From Spirochaetales bacterium (lineage in GTDB: Bacteria > Spirochaetota > Spirochaetia > JABEVK01): a stretch of DNA of 64,000 bases. Each line of letters opens with the position of its first letter. Position 1 is the first letter of the stretch. Shown here in pieces: positions 1 to 10,627 of this stretch. The DNA lies in assembly GCA_037142615.1 (NCBI GenBank), contig JBAXAI010000007.1, forward strand, positions 32,001 to 96,000. Reading direction: 5' to 3'. Made by a program: the position numbers and the translations under genes. A model generated the notes under the pieces. That model saw nothing but the letters and a program-made list of their open reading frames with translations. It had not been told where the DNA came from and made no database searches.

Positions 1-266
1 CCGGCGAGGACGCCGACCACTCGTTGGTGGCCCGGTTGTACGAAGCCGAGGGCAGCTGGACCAAAACGGAGGTTCGGTGGGGCTTCAAACCGGTGAGGGT
101 GGCCGTGACCAACCTGCTCGAAGAGGTCGAAACCGAGCTTCCGCTGGACCAGGTTACCGAGCTCGAGTTCCGCCCCTTCGAGCTCAAAACCCTCAGAGTG
201 TGGTACTCGTCAGCGCCTTCCCGTCCCAGTGGAAGTGCACCACCGGTCCCACCCGGCCGGGCTTGA
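1..266 (+). CDS. Alpha-mannosidase (GH38) C-terminal end, 5' partial
   Basis: Frame is open from the window start. 'LVARLYEAEG...TNLLEE...FRPFELKTLRV' resembles the typical GH38 C-terminus. Overlaps the 3' end of the convergent nagA-like gene. Confidence 0.7.
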   Translation, partial: GEDADHSLVARLYEAEGSWTKTEVRWGFKPVRVAVTNLLEEVETELPLDQVTELEFRPFELKTLRVWYSSAPSRPSGSAPPVPPGRA

Positions 267-1302
267 GCTCGGCCCAGGCCCGCTGGCCGAGGGCTTGAGC
301 CGGCCGCACGCTGGCCATCAGCAGCGCCTCTTCCCAGCCCGGCTCGATCTGGGCCGCAAGCAGCGCCAGGTCTTCGTCGAGGGCACGGGCCGCCCCCGAG
401 AGCAGCGAGCTTCCCGGCACGCGCAAGCCTCCGTCCGCGAGGACCACGGGGTTCCCTTCCATCTCGTACGTGCCCTCGGGGAGTCCTCCCAGCGGCGCCA
501 GGTCACTCACCAGCAGCGAGCGGTGCCCCTTGGCGCGCAGGCCCACCTTGAGGGCGGGCCACGGCACGTGATGGCCGTCGGCGATGAAGCAGGCTGCCAG
601 GCCGTCGTGGGCCAGTTGGGCGAGGATGGGATTCTCGTGCCGGTCGACCTGCTGCACGCAGCCGTTGAACAGGTGCGTCGACAGGGTAGCACCGGCGGCG
701 ACCGCCCGGTCGATGACGTCGTACCCGGCGGCGGTATGCCCCAGCGACACCGTGATGCCCAGTGCCACGGCAGCCTCGATGAGCTCGAGGGCCCCGTCGA
801 GCTCGGGGGCAAGGGTCAACAGCGTCACCGTGCCTTCGGAAAGTTGGTGCAGACGTTCCAGTTCGCGCGGCGACGGGGGACGGACAAAGCGCGCCTGATG
901 GACCCCCCGGTAGCCGTCCCGTGGCGAAATCCAGGGTCCCTCGAGATGGATGCCGCGGAACCCCTTGAGGGTGTGGCGTCCCATCGAGGCCAGCCGGACC
1001 ACCGCGTCGGCGGTCGATTCGGGCGACGAGGTGATGATGGTGGGCAGGTAGGCGGTCACGCCGCGCGCCGAAAGGCCTTCGTCGATGGCGGCGGCGCCGC
1101 GCGTACTCAGGTCGGGGTCGCCGAACGAGTGGCCGAGGTAGCCGTTGACCTGCAGATCGAACAGGCCAGGCGACAACCAGTCGCCGCAGGGACCGGGCGG
1201 TACCGGACCCAACGAGGTGACCCCGTCGATAACGTGCCCGGTCATCTGCAGTTCGAACAAACCCACGCGGCCGGCGATGCGACCCTGCAGCACCCGCTTC
1301 AT
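193..1302 (-). CDS. nagA: N-acetylglucosamine-6-phosphate deacetylase
   Basis: Motifs PGLFDLQVNG, GIHLEGP, TLAPE, GHT, THLFN, IADGHH. Start MKRVLQ at 1302 overlaps the upstream stop (ATGA). Confidence 0.85.
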   Translation of the reverse strand: MKRVLQGRIAGRVGLFELQMTGHVIDGVTSLGPVPPGPCGDWLSPGLFDLQVNGYLGHSFGDPDLSTRGAAAIDEGLSARGVTAYLPTIITSSPESTADAVVRLASMGRHTLKGFRGIHLEGPWISPRDGYRGVHQARFVRPPSPRELERLHQLSEGTVTLLTLAPELDGALELIEAAVALGITVSLGHTAAGYDVIDRAVAAGATLSTHLFNGCVQQVDRHENPILAQLAHDGLAACFIADGHHVPWPALKVGLRAKGHRSLLVSDLAPLGGLPEGTYEMEGNPVVLADGGLRVPGSSLLSGAARALDEDLALLAAQIEPGWEEALLMASVRPAQALGQRAWAELKPGRVGPVVHFHWDGKALTSTTL

Positions 1303-2531
1303 GGGCGCCTCTGGGCGACAGGGCTCACACGGGGGCTCGCGCCGTACTCGACGCGCCACGGCAGGCCGTCTTGCGTGAGCGAGCCGCGCGCGGCCTCGAC
1401 CACCAGCTCGTTGAAGGCGCTGTTGCTCGGGGTGGCCAGCAGACCCGAAGCGTCGAGAGCTCTCAGCTCGGCCTGCCGGTCACTCGAGGCCTCGACCCGG
1501 GCCGCCGCGGCAACCAGGGCTTCGACCGACTCGAAACCGTAGCCCAGGGGTCGACGCCCCCCCCCGTCGCGTTCCACCAAGCGGAAGAAATCGGGGCTGA
1601 CGTAGTTGAAGTGCGAGCCCCCGGGACCGATGCCGTCGAGGTAGGCCAAGCTGACCCCGCGGTTGTGGTCGTCGTGACGGATCATGCCGGTGCGGCCTTC
1701 GCCCTCGCAGTACATCACCAGGCCCTGATCGTTGCTGCCGGCGGCGAGGTCGGGGTAACCCAGCCCGTTGAGCAGGTTGAGCAGGGCGCCGTTTTCCCAG
1801 CGAACCCGGGCTCCGGTCCACATCAGGCCGGGCTTGCCGTTGGGAAACTTGCGCTCCACCGCCGCCACCGAAACCTCGACGGGCTTGAGGCCGGTGATGA
1901 AGTGCACCAGATCGACGTAGTGGCACCCGATGTAGGTGAACGGGTCGGCCGTTGCGGGTTGGAACCAGTTCTGAAAGTTGGAACGCCGGTAGAACCACGG
2001 CTCGATGAGGCAGGCCTCACCCATTGCGAACTCGCCGAAGCGGCCGGCCCGGTAGTCGCCGCGGGCCACGAGCGAGCGGCGGTCGAAGCGCTTGTGGTAC
2101 TCGACCCCGACGAACAGACCCCGCTGGCGCGCCAGGGCCTCAATTTCGAGGGCGTGGGCGTGCGTCTGCACCAAAGGTTTGACGCAGAGCACGTGTTGGT
2201 CGGCCCGCAACGCCATCATCACGACCTCGTGATGGGCCTCGTCAGGGACGGCCACGACGACCAGTTGGCGCGGCTTGAGCGCCTCGATGCACCGGCGCGA
2301 GGCGTCGGGTTCAAAGGTCGCGTCGGGCGCGTTGAGGGCCGGGTACGCGGCAAAGGTCTGCCCCGGGAAGGCGGCCTTCAGCGTGGCATCGCCGGCCAGC
2401 GCCCGCAGCGGAACCGGTGAGCGGGCACAGATGGTCAGCTCACCGACGCGTCCCTGGCGCTGCAGTTCGTACAACGAGGGCAAAAACACATCGGCGGTGA
2501 TCATGCCGCCGCCAACGATCAGAACGTCCAT
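1299..2531 (-). CDS. Gfo/Idh/MocA family NAD(P)-dependent oxidoreductase
   Basis: N-terminal Rossmann motif IVGGGMI, HVLCVKP, EYHKRFD, GCHYVD. Confidence 0.85.
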   Translation of the reverse strand: MDVLIVGGGMITADVFLPSLYELQRQGRVGELTICARSPVPLRALAGDATLKAAFPGQTFAAYPALNAPDATFEPDASRRCIEALKPRQLVVVAVPDEAHHEVVMMALRADQHVLCVKPLVQTHAHALEIEALARQRGLFVGVEYHKRFDRRSLVARGDYRAGRFGEFAMGEACLIEPWFYRRSNFQNWFQPATADPFTYIGCHYVDLVHFITGLKPVEVSVAAVERKFPNGKPGLMWTGARVRWENGALLNLLNGLGYPDLAAGSNDQGLVMYCEGEGRTGMIRHDDHNRGVSLAYLDGIGPGGSHFNYVSPDFFRLVERDGGGRRPLGYGFESVEALVAAAARVEASSDRQAELRALDASGLLATPSNSAFNELVVEAARGSLTQDGLPWRVEYGASPRVSPVAQRRP

Positions 2532-2541
2532 GACGACCTCC

Positions 2542-3924
2542 TCAGGCGTGTCCCAACACCGCGTCCATGGCCTCGCCGAGCACAGCCAACCCCTCTTCGA
2601 GCGCCTCGAGGGGCATGTCGAGAGGCGGCGCGATCTTGATGCACTCGCCGCCGATGCCCACGGGCGCGAACATCAGCAGGCCCCGCTGAAAACAGGCCAC
2701 ATTGATGGCAAGAGCCGTGGCCGGGTCGGGCGTCTTGGTGCCGGGTTTGACCATCTGGATGCCGGCGACCAGGCCTCGGCTGTGGACGCAGCCGGCCTGC
2801 GTGGGGTGTCGGCGCGCGATGGCCTCGAGACCTTGACGAAGTGTCACATCCATCGCGGCGGCCTTGGCGGCGTAGTCACCCTCGCGCAGGACGCGGATGC
2901 TGGCCAGCGCCGAGGCGACGGGCAGCGGCGAACCGGAGTGCGTCGAGGTCATGGTACCGGGCGCGTAGGTGTCCATGACGTCGGCTCGACCGAGTACGGC
3001 CGCCAAGGCCAACGACGACGAGATACCCTTGCCCATGGCGATGAGGTCGGGGGTGATGCCGTAGTGCTCGTAGGCAAACCACTTGCCTGAGCGGCAGAAA
3101 CCCGACTGCACCTCGTCGCAGATCAACAGGACGCCGTGCTTGCGGCACCAGGCCTCGAGGGCCTGGGCGTACTCGACGGGCAGAAAGTCGGGGCCGACGC
3201 CCTGAAAGCTCTCGGTCATCACGGCGCACACCTGCTCGGGGCGGAGGCCCTTGGCGGCCAGCGTCTCGGTGAACAGCTCGAACCGGGTGTCGGGATTCTT
3301 GTACCCGTCGGGGAAGGGAACCTGCACAAAGGTCTCGTCGAGTTTGCCGATCCAGCGCTTGGCGCCCTGCATGCCGCCCGCCAACTGAGCCCCCATGGTG
3401 CGTCCGTGAAAGGCGTTCTGAAAGGTGACGATGACGTTGCGATCGGGTCCGCTGGTCTCGAGTCCCCAGGTCTTGGCGAGCTTGATGCAGTTTTCGGTGG
3501 CCTCGGACCCGGTCGACAGCAAGAAGGCCTTGTAGCCCGGAGCGGGAGCCATGCCCACCAGCAGTTCCGACAGGTCGGCGCGGGCCTCGTGGGGGAACAC
3601 GTAGGTAGAGAGCAGCGGCTTGTCGAGAACAGCTTTGAGCGCCTTCACGACTTCGGGGTGGGCGTTGCCGGCGTTGCTGATGAGCACGCCGCTGGACCAG
3701 TCGAGCCACTTGTTGCCCCACTTGTCCCACACCTGGATGCCCTCGGCGCGGTCGATGACGACGGGGGGCATGCCCTGCATCGAGATGGGCTCGAACTTTT
3801 CGAGCCGCTCGAACAGCGGCAGCGATTCGGGAACCGGCAGTTTGGTCACGATGTGACGGTACTTGGTGTGAACCGGGGCGACGGCCACCGGTTCGAGGGC
3901 ATATTTGCGGGTAAACTTGGCCAT
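2542..3924 (-). CDS. Class III PLP-dependent aminotransferase
   Basis: STGSEATE, AFHGRT, LICDEVQSGFCRSG, MGKG (PLP Lys). Start MAKFTR follows a TAAGGAG RBS. Confidence 0.9.
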   Translation of the reverse strand: MAKFTRKYALEPVAVAPVHTKYRHIVTKLPVPESLPLFERLEKFEPISMQGMPPVVIDRAEGIQVWDKWGNKWLDWSSGVLISNAGNAHPEVVKALKAVLDKPLLSTYVFPHEARADLSELLVGMAPAPGYKAFLLSTGSEATENCIKLAKTWGLETSGPDRNVIVTFQNAFHGRTMGAQLAGGMQGAKRWIGKLDETFVQVPFPDGYKNPDTRFELFTETLAAKGLRPEQVCAVMTESFQGVGPDFLPVEYAQALEAWCRKHGVLLICDEVQSGFCRSGKWFAYEHYGITPDLIAMGKGISSSLALAAVLGRADVMDTYAPGTMTSTHSGSPLPVASALASIRVLREGDYAAKAAAMDVTLRQGLEAIARRHPTQAGCVHSRGLVAGIQMVKPGTKTPDPATALAINVACFQRGLLMFAPVGIGGECIKIAPPLDMPLEALEEGLAVLGEAMDAVLGHA

Positions 3925-3953
3925 GAAACTCTCCTTATGATCTTGCGTAGGAA

Positions 3954-4583
3954 CTAGCCGAACAGCCGGACTTCGACCTCGGCGCACAGTGCGTGGTAAG
4001 CGGCCAAATGCCCCAGCTGGATTTCTGGGGTATTCGGCGCGTTGACCAGGACCGCCACATCGGCCAGTGGGGCGAGCGGACCGCCGGTGGGGCCCGAAAA
4101 CGCCACCACCCGCAGCCCCAGCGCCCGCGCCGTGCGCACGGCGGCCAGCACGTTGGCGGCCTTTCCCGAGGTGCTGATGGCGACCAGCACATCCCCCGCA
4201 CGGCCGTAGCCAACCACCTGCTGGGCAAACATCAGGTCGAACCCCTGGTCGTTGCCCGAGGCGCTGAGCAGCGCTGACTGTTCGGTAAGCGCGATGGTGC
4301 GGATGCCGCGCTGCAACCGGGCCGCCAGCGCGGCGCCGCCTTCGGGCCACGTCTCGGCGAACCGGGCCTGCACATCGGCGGGCAGCGGACGCGGCAGCAT
4401 GAACCCCTTCATCAGCTCGCCGGTGATGTGGCCGGCGTCGGCCGCGCTGCCCCCGTTGCCGCAGGTGAGGATGGTGCCGCCGCCGTGGTGGCAGGCCACC
4501 AGCAGGTCGGTGGCCCGCTCCAACGACGGGAGCAAGTTGGCGTACTCGGGCCGTCTTCGGGCCAGATCCTCGAGGTAGTTCAT
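3954..4583 (-). CDS. SIS-domain phosphosugar isomerase (GmhA-like)
   Basis: CGNGGSAADA, GND, AISTSG, IQ..H motifs. Confidence 0.85.
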   Translation of the reverse strand: MNYLEDLARRRPEYANLLPSLERATDLLVACHHGGGTILTCGNGGSAADAGHITGELMKGFMLPRPLPADVQARFAETWPEGGAALAARLQRGIRTIALTEQSALLSASGNDQGFDLMFAQQVVGYGRAGDVLVAISTSGKAANVLAAVRTARALGLRVVAFSGPTGGPLAPLADVAVLVNAPNTPEIQLGHLAAYHALCAEVEVRLFG

Positions 4584-5566
4584 CGCTGTCCTCCTTGCGT
4601 TTCCCAGCCCAACCGGGCCGCCCAGAGCGCCGCCCGGTCCCCCAGCTCTTCGCCCAGCCCGGCAGCCACCACGCGGCAGGCGCTGACCGAGCGGCCCAGC
4701 GCCTCGCGGCCCAGCTCAGCTTCGAGCGAGGGCCGCAGCCAACGCTCCAGCCGGACGAAAATCGAGCCCAGTACCACCACCTCGGGGTTGAGCAGGTCGA
4801 CCAGCAGCGCCAGCCCCCTACCGAGCCGCACGCCGGTGCGCTCGAGCAGGGCGCGGGCCCCGGGGTCGCCGGCTTCGGCCGCGGCGCCCAGGCCCTTGAC
4901 GTCGGTCAGGGTGGACCACGGCGAGGTCGGTGACCTGCCGGTGCCAAGTTCGCCGCGCTGGGTGAGCTCCACGCGGTGCGAGGCGATCTGCTGGGCCAAC
5001 CCGCCGCCCGAACACCAGCCCTCAAAGCTGCCGGCTTTGCCGTAGCCCACGGGCCCGTCTTCGGACAGGCGCCAGTGGCCGAGTTCGCCGGCCATGCCGT
5101 TGGCCCCGCGCCACAGGCGCCCGCCGAGCACGATACCGGCGCCCAGGCCGGTACCAAAGGTCAGGAACACCACCGAAGAGGCCCCCTTACCGGCCCCCTC
5201 GCGCCATTCGGCCACGGCGCAGGCGTTGGCGTCGTTCTCGAGAAAAGCCGGGGCGCCGAGGCCCTCGGTCAACCACCGGGTCACCGGCACCTCGCGCCAG
5301 GCGGGCAGGTTCGGCGGGCAGAGAACCACGCCCGCCGCCTCGTCGAGGGGACCACCGCACGACACCCCGGTGGCGGTGACGACGGGCTCACGGCGGCGCA
5401 CTTCGGCCAACACGGCGTCGAGGAGCTCGCGCGGCTCCCGGGGTCCTGTGGGACCGACCGTGGGCAGCTCGACGCGCCAACGGGCACCCCCTTGGGGTCC
5501 GCCGGCAACCACCGCGGTCTTGGTACCGCCGATGTCGACACCAACAAACACGGGCTCAGAAGTCAT
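4580..5566 (-). CDS. ROK family sugar kinase
   Basis: GVDIGGTK, ENDANA, GTGLGAG, GELGH. Start MTSEPV at 5566. Confidence 0.9.
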   Translation of the reverse strand: MTSEPVFVGVDIGGTKTAVVAGGPQGGARWRVELPTVGPTGPREPRELLDAVLAEVRRREPVVTATGVSCGGPLDEAAGVVLCPPNLPAWREVPVTRWLTEGLGAPAFLENDANACAVAEWREGAGKGASSVVFLTFGTGLGAGIVLGGRLWRGANGMAGELGHWRLSEDGPVGYGKAGSFEGWCSGGGLAQQIASHRVELTQRGELGTGRSPTSPWSTLTDVKGLGAAAEAGDPGARALLERTGVRLGRGLALLVDLLNPEVVVLGSIFVRLERWLRPSLEAELGREALGRSVSACRVVAAGLGEELGDRAALWAARLGWETQGGQR

Positions 5567-6362
5567 AGGTAGCCGTCCATTCCGTGGTCTCACCGCGAGG
5601 CAGTTCACGGTGGAGGTAGGGTTCAAAGCTGAAGGTGCGGTCGTTGCCCCACAGCACCACCTTCTGCGGCGCGTAGTCGAAGCGGGCGGCGACCATTCCG
5701 AGCTTGGGATGCCGCTGCAAGAAGGTCTGAGTCGCCGGGGCTTCGGCGCCGTACTCCACCCGTACCAGCGAAGCCTCGGTCCAAGGAACCGCGCGGCGGA
5801 ACACCCAACCGGTGCTGTCGAGCCCAAAGCCGCGGTGTTCGGGCAGCGGGAAGCCGACGTCGGGCCGGAACAGCTGGTCGCGCGTGGGCGGGTAGAACGG
5901 ATGGGGAAACCACGTCAGGTCGGCCGGGCGGTTGCCCCGGTTGGTCATCCGTGTCAGGCTGTGGAGCGTACGGCCGCTGAGGGTCAGCGTTCGTTCGAGC
6001 TCGAGGTCCCAACCCTCCCACGTGTGGCGGGTGAGAAAGCGCAGGCGGCCCGGGTCACGGTTCACGTCCCAACGGCAGGGTTCCACGACGACTTTGCGTT
6101 CGACGTCCACCAGCCCGACGCCCAGACCCAGCGCCAGCGGACCGCCCGCCGACAAGCGTTCGGGGAAGCTGTCGGGAAGGCCCTGACCGTCGTAGGTGTT
6201 GTAGTCGTGGGGGTACGTGGGCCCCGAAAGGAGCTCGCCTACCCGGGTGTCAGTCACCTGAAAAACCGAACCGCCGGTGTTGTACCGGTGCCCCAACCGG
6301 GCGGTGTCGGTATCGGGATCGAGAATCGACACGAAGAGCGCATCGTTGCTGAGCACGAGCAT
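5556..6362 (-). CDS. Aldose epimerase/mutarotase-like protein
   Basis: Beta-rich, with WFPHPFY and FSFEPY motifs reminiscent of the mutarotase fold. Translationally coupled in the sugar operon. Confidence 0.55.
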   Translation of the reverse strand: MLVLSNDALFVSILDPDTDTARLGHRYNTGGSVFQVTDTRVGELLSGPTYPHDYNTYDGQGLPDSFPERLSAGGPLALGLGVGLVDVERKVVVEPCRWDVNRDPGRLRFLTRHTWEGWDLELERTLTLSGRTLHSLTRMTNRGNRPADLTWFPHPFYPPTRDQLFRPDVGFPLPEHRGFGLDSTGWVFRRAVPWTEASLVRVEYGAEAPATQTFLQRHPKLGMVAARFDYAPQKVVLWGNDRTFSFEPYLHRELPRGETTEWTATYDF

Positions 6363-8488
6363 CAGGTCACCTCCTGGGCCGGCGACCACGCCTGCCACGC
6401 CTCGACGAAGAACGCCAGCCCGCGCCCGAGCTCACGGCCGGCCAGTGCATTCAACCACGGTGAGGCTGCCGCGACGCGTGCGGCGGGCCTTCCACCCTCG
6501 CGAACCAGCACGCGGCCTCGGGCCTCGTCTTCCAAGAAAGCCGAGTACGCAGGGTAAAACCGGTCCAGCACGCCGGTCAGGCGGGCCAGCGCGAGCACGA
6601 GCTCGTCGGCGGCCCAGTCTGGCAGGTTCCCGGCGACGAGCGGCTCAAGGAGGGCCGGCACCGACGACACCTGACCGCCGATTTCGACGGCGTAGGCGGC
6701 TGCCAGCGTCAAGCGCAAGTTGCCGCCCGCCCCGGTGCCGTGGCGCTTCAACTCGGCCTCGAAGCGTGGCAGCAGCTCGTGGTCGCCCAACCGCGCCAGG
6801 GCCACCAGCGCGGCGCCGGCCAACAAGTCGTCGTCGGAGTCGAGGCACGAGCGGAGCAACGACACCGCGTTGCGGTCACCCCGGAGGCCCAGGATACGCG
6901 CGGCCACCCACGCGGTGGTCAGGGGGCGTCGCTCCACTTCGCGTTCCAGGGCCAACAGAGTTTCGGGCGCCAACTGCTCAAGGTTTTCGAGTGCCAGCAG
7001 GGCTTCAAGCCGCACCTCGATGCGCGGCGAGGCCAGGTGCTCGACCAGCGCCGCCTGGCTGCGCACCACGCCGGTTTCGCCGATCTCGCGGATGAGCTTG
7101 ATTTCTTCGTCGGGGTCGTCCGAGCGGTCCAGCCGCGACAGCAGGTCGAAGGCCCTCAGGTCGCGCGCCGAGAACAGCGAGGCCAAGGACTCGCGAACTG
7201 TGGCCGCCCCCTGGCGCACCAAGCGCCCCAAGCCGGGGAGCGACACGAGCAGCAGCACGACGACCACGCCGTAGAACACCTGGTAGCTGAACCCCACCGC
7301 GAGTCCAGCGGCCTTCAGTCCGTCGAGGAGGAGACCTCCACTGGCGGCCCCGGCGGTACCGCCCACGGCGTACGCGACGAAGTAGACGATGGCCAGGTCG
7401 AGGGTACGCTCCTTGGGTACCAGCGCGAAGTGGTAGGTTTGCGCCGCGGCGTCGCTTCCGTTGAGGCCGAACGAGCTGACCAGAAAGATGCCGGCCAGCA
7501 GCGCTACGGGCGCCCAAGGCGCGGCAAACAACGGTGAGTGCGGCACCAGCAGAACCATTGGCAACAGGCCGGCCAGACCGATCACGGTGAAGATGATGTA
7601 CAGCGGTTTGGGCCCCAGTCGGTCCACGACACGCTTCTGCAACAGGCCCATGGCGACGTTTCCCAGGCCCGCGGTAAACGAAAACAGCATGACCAGGTCG
7701 TCGGTGAGACCCCAGGCGTCCTTGGCGTAAACCGGCAGGAACGCGCGCCCCATCGAGGCGACAAACGCCAGAAAGGTGTACACGACGAGAAACCGTCGGT
7801 ACGGCGACTCCTTCCAGGCCTCGGCAAGCACCCGGAACAGGCCTATCCCCGGCGGCGGGCGAAAGTCGTGCGGTTCGGGGAGCCGGAACATCCACCAGCA
7901 CCCCGCGGCGCCCAGGGCCACACCGGTGCCGAGCAGGACGGCGTAGAAGGCCAGGTTCTCGCTGAGGCGCAGAAGAACCACCAAGACCATGGTCGTCAGC
8001 AGGTTGGCGACGGCGGCCGTAACCGTCACGCCCGACAGGAACGAGCCCCGGTCGCGGCCCCCTTCGCTGCCCTCGGCCAGGTTGGCCAGGATGGGATTGG
8101 TGCCGATCATGCCCACGCCGCGGGCCGCGTTGAACCCAAGAAAACTCAGCAGGATGAAAGACAAACCGAGCTGAGCCTGCCCGGCGAGCGCCAGAAAAGG
8201 CGCGATCAGCACGGGGATAAAGGCAAGGTAGCGCAGGAGCCAGCCCCATGACGAAACGCCGACGATGCTGTACTTGCGCACGAGGCGCTTGCCGAGGGCC
8301 ATGAAGAAGTACGAGGCGTACCCCAGCGACGACAACAAACCGATGTAGAGGTTGCTGGCCCCCAGCTTGAGCGCGAGCAGCGTCAGCAGGTTGCCCGACA
8401 CGATGGCAAAGCTGATCGAGTTGAGCAGGTTGTAGGCGAAGTAGTCCCGGCGGGCGCGGGCCAGCAGGGGCGGCGTGAGCGCGGCCAA
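6362..8488 (-). CDS. MFS transporter with C-terminal HEAT-repeat domain
   Basis: About 12 hydrophobic helices (VDRLGPKP loop), then HEAT-like repeats (VRLEALLALE, AARILG, ALVALARLG). TTG start follows GGAGG. Confidence 0.8.
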   Translation of the reverse strand: MAALTPPLLARARRDYFAYNLLNSISFAIVSGNLLTLLALKLGASNLYIGLLSSLGYASYFFMALGKRLVRKYSIVGVSSWGWLLRYLAFIPVLIAPFLALAGQAQLGLSFILLSFLGFNAARGVGMIGTNPILANLAEGSEGGRDRGSFLSGVTVTAAVANLLTTMVLVVLLRLSENLAFYAVLLGTGVALGAAGCWWMFRLPEPHDFRPPPGIGLFRVLAEAWKESPYRRFLVVYTFLAFVASMGRAFLPVYAKDAWGLTDDLVMLFSFTAGLGNVAMGLLQKRVVDRLGPKPLYIIFTVIGLAGLLPMVLLVPHSPLFAAPWAPVALLAGIFLVSSFGLNGSDAAAQTYHFALVPKERTLDLAIVYFVAYAVGGTAGAASGGLLLDGLKAAGLAVGFSYQVFYGVVVVLLLVSLPGLGRLVRQGAATVRESLASLFSARDLRAFDLLSRLDRSDDPDEEIKLIREIGETGVVRSQAALVEHLASPRIEVRLEALLALENLEQLAPETLLALEREVERRPLTTAWVAARILGLRGDRNAVSLLRSCLDSDDDLLAGAALVALARLGDHELLPRFEAELKRHGTGAGGNLRLTLAAAYAVEIGGQVSSVPALLEPLVAGNLPDWAADELVLALARLTGVLDRFYPAYSAFLEDEARGRVLVREGGRPAARVAAASPWLNALAGRELGRGLAFFVEAWQAWSPAQEVT

Positions 8489-8490
8489 CC

Positions 8491-10428
8491 CTACACCTCC
8501 ACCTGATGGTCGGCGCCGACGGGCCACGAATCGCTGCGAAACGGTTCGGCCGGCAGACCGTCGGCGTTCTCAAGCGTGCACACCGGATCGTCTTCCCAGC
8601 CGTAGCGCACGGCGACCGGCCTCGCCACGCGAGGGCTCGCGACCCGTACCCGAGCGCCTTCGATCGACGCGGTGGCCTCGTGGAACACGCGGTCGGCCCC
8701 TGCCACGGCAAACCCCTGCACGTCGGCCGTTCGCGACCTCAGGCCTTGTGCCTGGTCGAGCGTCACAACGAGGGCCGAACCGGCGATCTCAAGACCCGAG
8801 AACGACGGGCCGCGGTAGGCCACGTTCTGGCCGTAGACCGTGGCGAGCGCCGCCCGGGCAAGACGTTGGCCGACGGCCTCCTTGTTCTTGGGGTGGATGT
8901 CGAGGCTCTCGCCCACGTCGAGGGCCACGGCCATCGCGGTGGCCGGCAGCGTGCGGGCACGGCTCTGCGCCTCGCGGATTTCGGCCCAGCGGCTGTCGTC
9001 GGCCACGCGCTGCGGGCGTCCCCGCTGGTAGTTGGCCAGCTGGACGAACAAGAAAGGCAGCTGCTGCCCCCACACCCGCCGCCAGTCGCGGATCAGCAGC
9101 GGAAACAGGGTGTAGTAACGGGCCGTGTCGCCGTCGTTGGACTCGCCCTGGTACCAAATCACCCCGCGCAGCGCCATGGGCACCAGCGGCGCGATCATCT
9201 GGTTGTAGAGCATCGACGGAATGTTGGGGCCGATGGGTGGCGCCGGCTCACCGGGACCCCGGACGCGGCCGAAGTCCTGCTCGATGGCGAAGCGCCATGG
9301 CCCCGTGAGCGCGAGCCCGGGCTCGTCGGAGCCCCACGGCCGCACGAACATTGCCTTGGCAGGACCACCGGTTCCGCCCCCGGTGTACTGGCTCATGATG
9401 CGCAGCGCCACCACCAGCCGCCCCGTGGCCAACGGGCCGGCCACCCGGTACACCCGGGGCGCCTTCCACGAATCGGGGTTCTCGGCCCAGGTCATGCCGC
9501 CCACGCGCGCACCGTTCACGTAGGTGTCGTCGTTCTTGTCGAGGGCCCCCAGGCTGAGCTCGAGGTCGCGGCCCTGCCACGCGGCGGGCAGCGTCACCTC
9601 GCGCCGGAACCAAAACACGCCGTTGGTCTCGTAGCCTGCGTCGAACCAGATGCGCGGGAGCTCCATGGACTTCCAGGCGGAGTCGTCGAACGCGGCGTCG
9701 GCCCAACCTTCGGCCAGGCCCCGGTTGCCCGCGTCCTGGGGAAGGGCGGCAAGGAACCGTTTGCGGGCGGCCTGGTAGTCAGCCTCGGCACGCTCGGGAA
9801 TCTGCTCCAAAAACGCCGCAAGTTCACGGCTGTCGGCCTCGGCACCGGCTTCGGAGGCCAGGCCCTCGCCGCTTGTCCAGGCCTGCGCCGTGGTACCGCC
9901 CCACGAGCTGACCACCAGCCCGAGCGGCACCCCCAGTTCGCGGTGCAACCGCCGGCCAAAGTGGTAGGCCACCGCCGAGAAGGCCGGGGCATTGCGGGGC
10001 GTGCCTACCTGCCAGCTTCCTTCGACTTCGGCGGCAAGGCCACGCCCTGTCTTTTGGGCGACCGTGAACAGCCGGAGCGACGGGAGGTCTGCCGCGCGCG
10101 CATGGGCCTCGGCGTCGAGCGACTTTTCGAGCGTCCAGTCCATGTTCGACTGCCCCGAGCACAACCACACCTCGCCGACGAGCACCTTCGACGCTGCTTC
10201 TCCCGCGCCTGGGGCCTTTCCCTCGGCGCGAAGCTCGTAGGGGCCCCCGGCGGCCAGAGGTTCGAAGGTTACCGACCAGCGTCCATCGGCCGCGGCGACC
10301 GTTTCGAGGCGTTGGCCGGCAAGCGTCACACGCACGGCGTCTTCGGGGGCGGACCAGCCCCACACCGGCACGGGCCGGTCGCGCTGCAGCACGGCATTGT
10401 CAGAAAAGATGGTCGCCAGACGAATCAT
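8491..10428 (-). CDS. Sialate O-acetylesterase family protein
   Basis: IFSDNAVLQR, GEVWLCSGQSNM, WGGT, WYQGESN, DIHPKNK. Confidence 0.9.
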   Translation of the reverse strand: MIRLATIFSDNAVLQRDRPVPVWGWSAPEDAVRVTLAGQRLETVAAADGRWSVTFEPLAAGGPYELRAEGKAPGAGEAASKVLVGEVWLCSGQSNMDWTLEKSLDAEAHARAADLPSLRLFTVAQKTGRGLAAEVEGSWQVGTPRNAPAFSAVAYHFGRRLHRELGVPLGLVVSSWGGTTAQAWTSGEGLASEAGAEADSRELAAFLEQIPERAEADYQAARKRFLAALPQDAGNRGLAEGWADAAFDDSAWKSMELPRIWFDAGYETNGVFWFRREVTLPAAWQGRDLELSLGALDKNDDTYVNGARVGGMTWAENPDSWKAPRVYRVAGPLATGRLVVALRIMSQYTGGGTGGPAKAMFVRPWGSDEPGLALTGPWRFAIEQDFGRVRGPGEPAPPIGPNIPSMLYNQMIAPLVPMALRGVIWYQGESNDGDTARYYTLFPLLIRDWRRVWGQQLPFLFVQLANYQRGRPQRVADDSRWAEIREAQSRARTLPATAMAVALDVGESLDIHPKNKEAVGQRLARAALATVYGQNVAYRGPSFSGLEIAGSALVVTLDQAQGLRSRTADVQGFAVAGADRVFHEATASIEGARVRVASPRVARPVAVRYGWEDDPVCTLENADGLPAEPFRSDSWPVGADHQVEV

Positions 10429-10482
10429 CGAGGGCAGTCTCCTGTGACGATTATCATAGGCATCATTGCGGGAATCTGGCAA

Positions 10483-10549
10483 TAGATAACGTCATCTATG
10501 CCGAAAATTCGTCAAAGTTTGCGAATCTTGTTCTAGATAACGCTCTAGA
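10483..10549. promoter_or_regulatory. Putative LacI-family operators in the divergent promoter
   Basis: TAGATAACGTCATCTA (10483-10498) is a palindrome with one mismatch and a central CG. TAGATAACGCTCTAGA (10534-10549) shares the left half-site. Confidence 0.55.
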
Positions 10550-10627
10550 AAACAAAGTTCTGAAAAAAACGTTTCCACCGGGGATTTCGCTTCTTCCCAA
10601 AAGAAAAGTTTCGTCCCATGCTGGGCT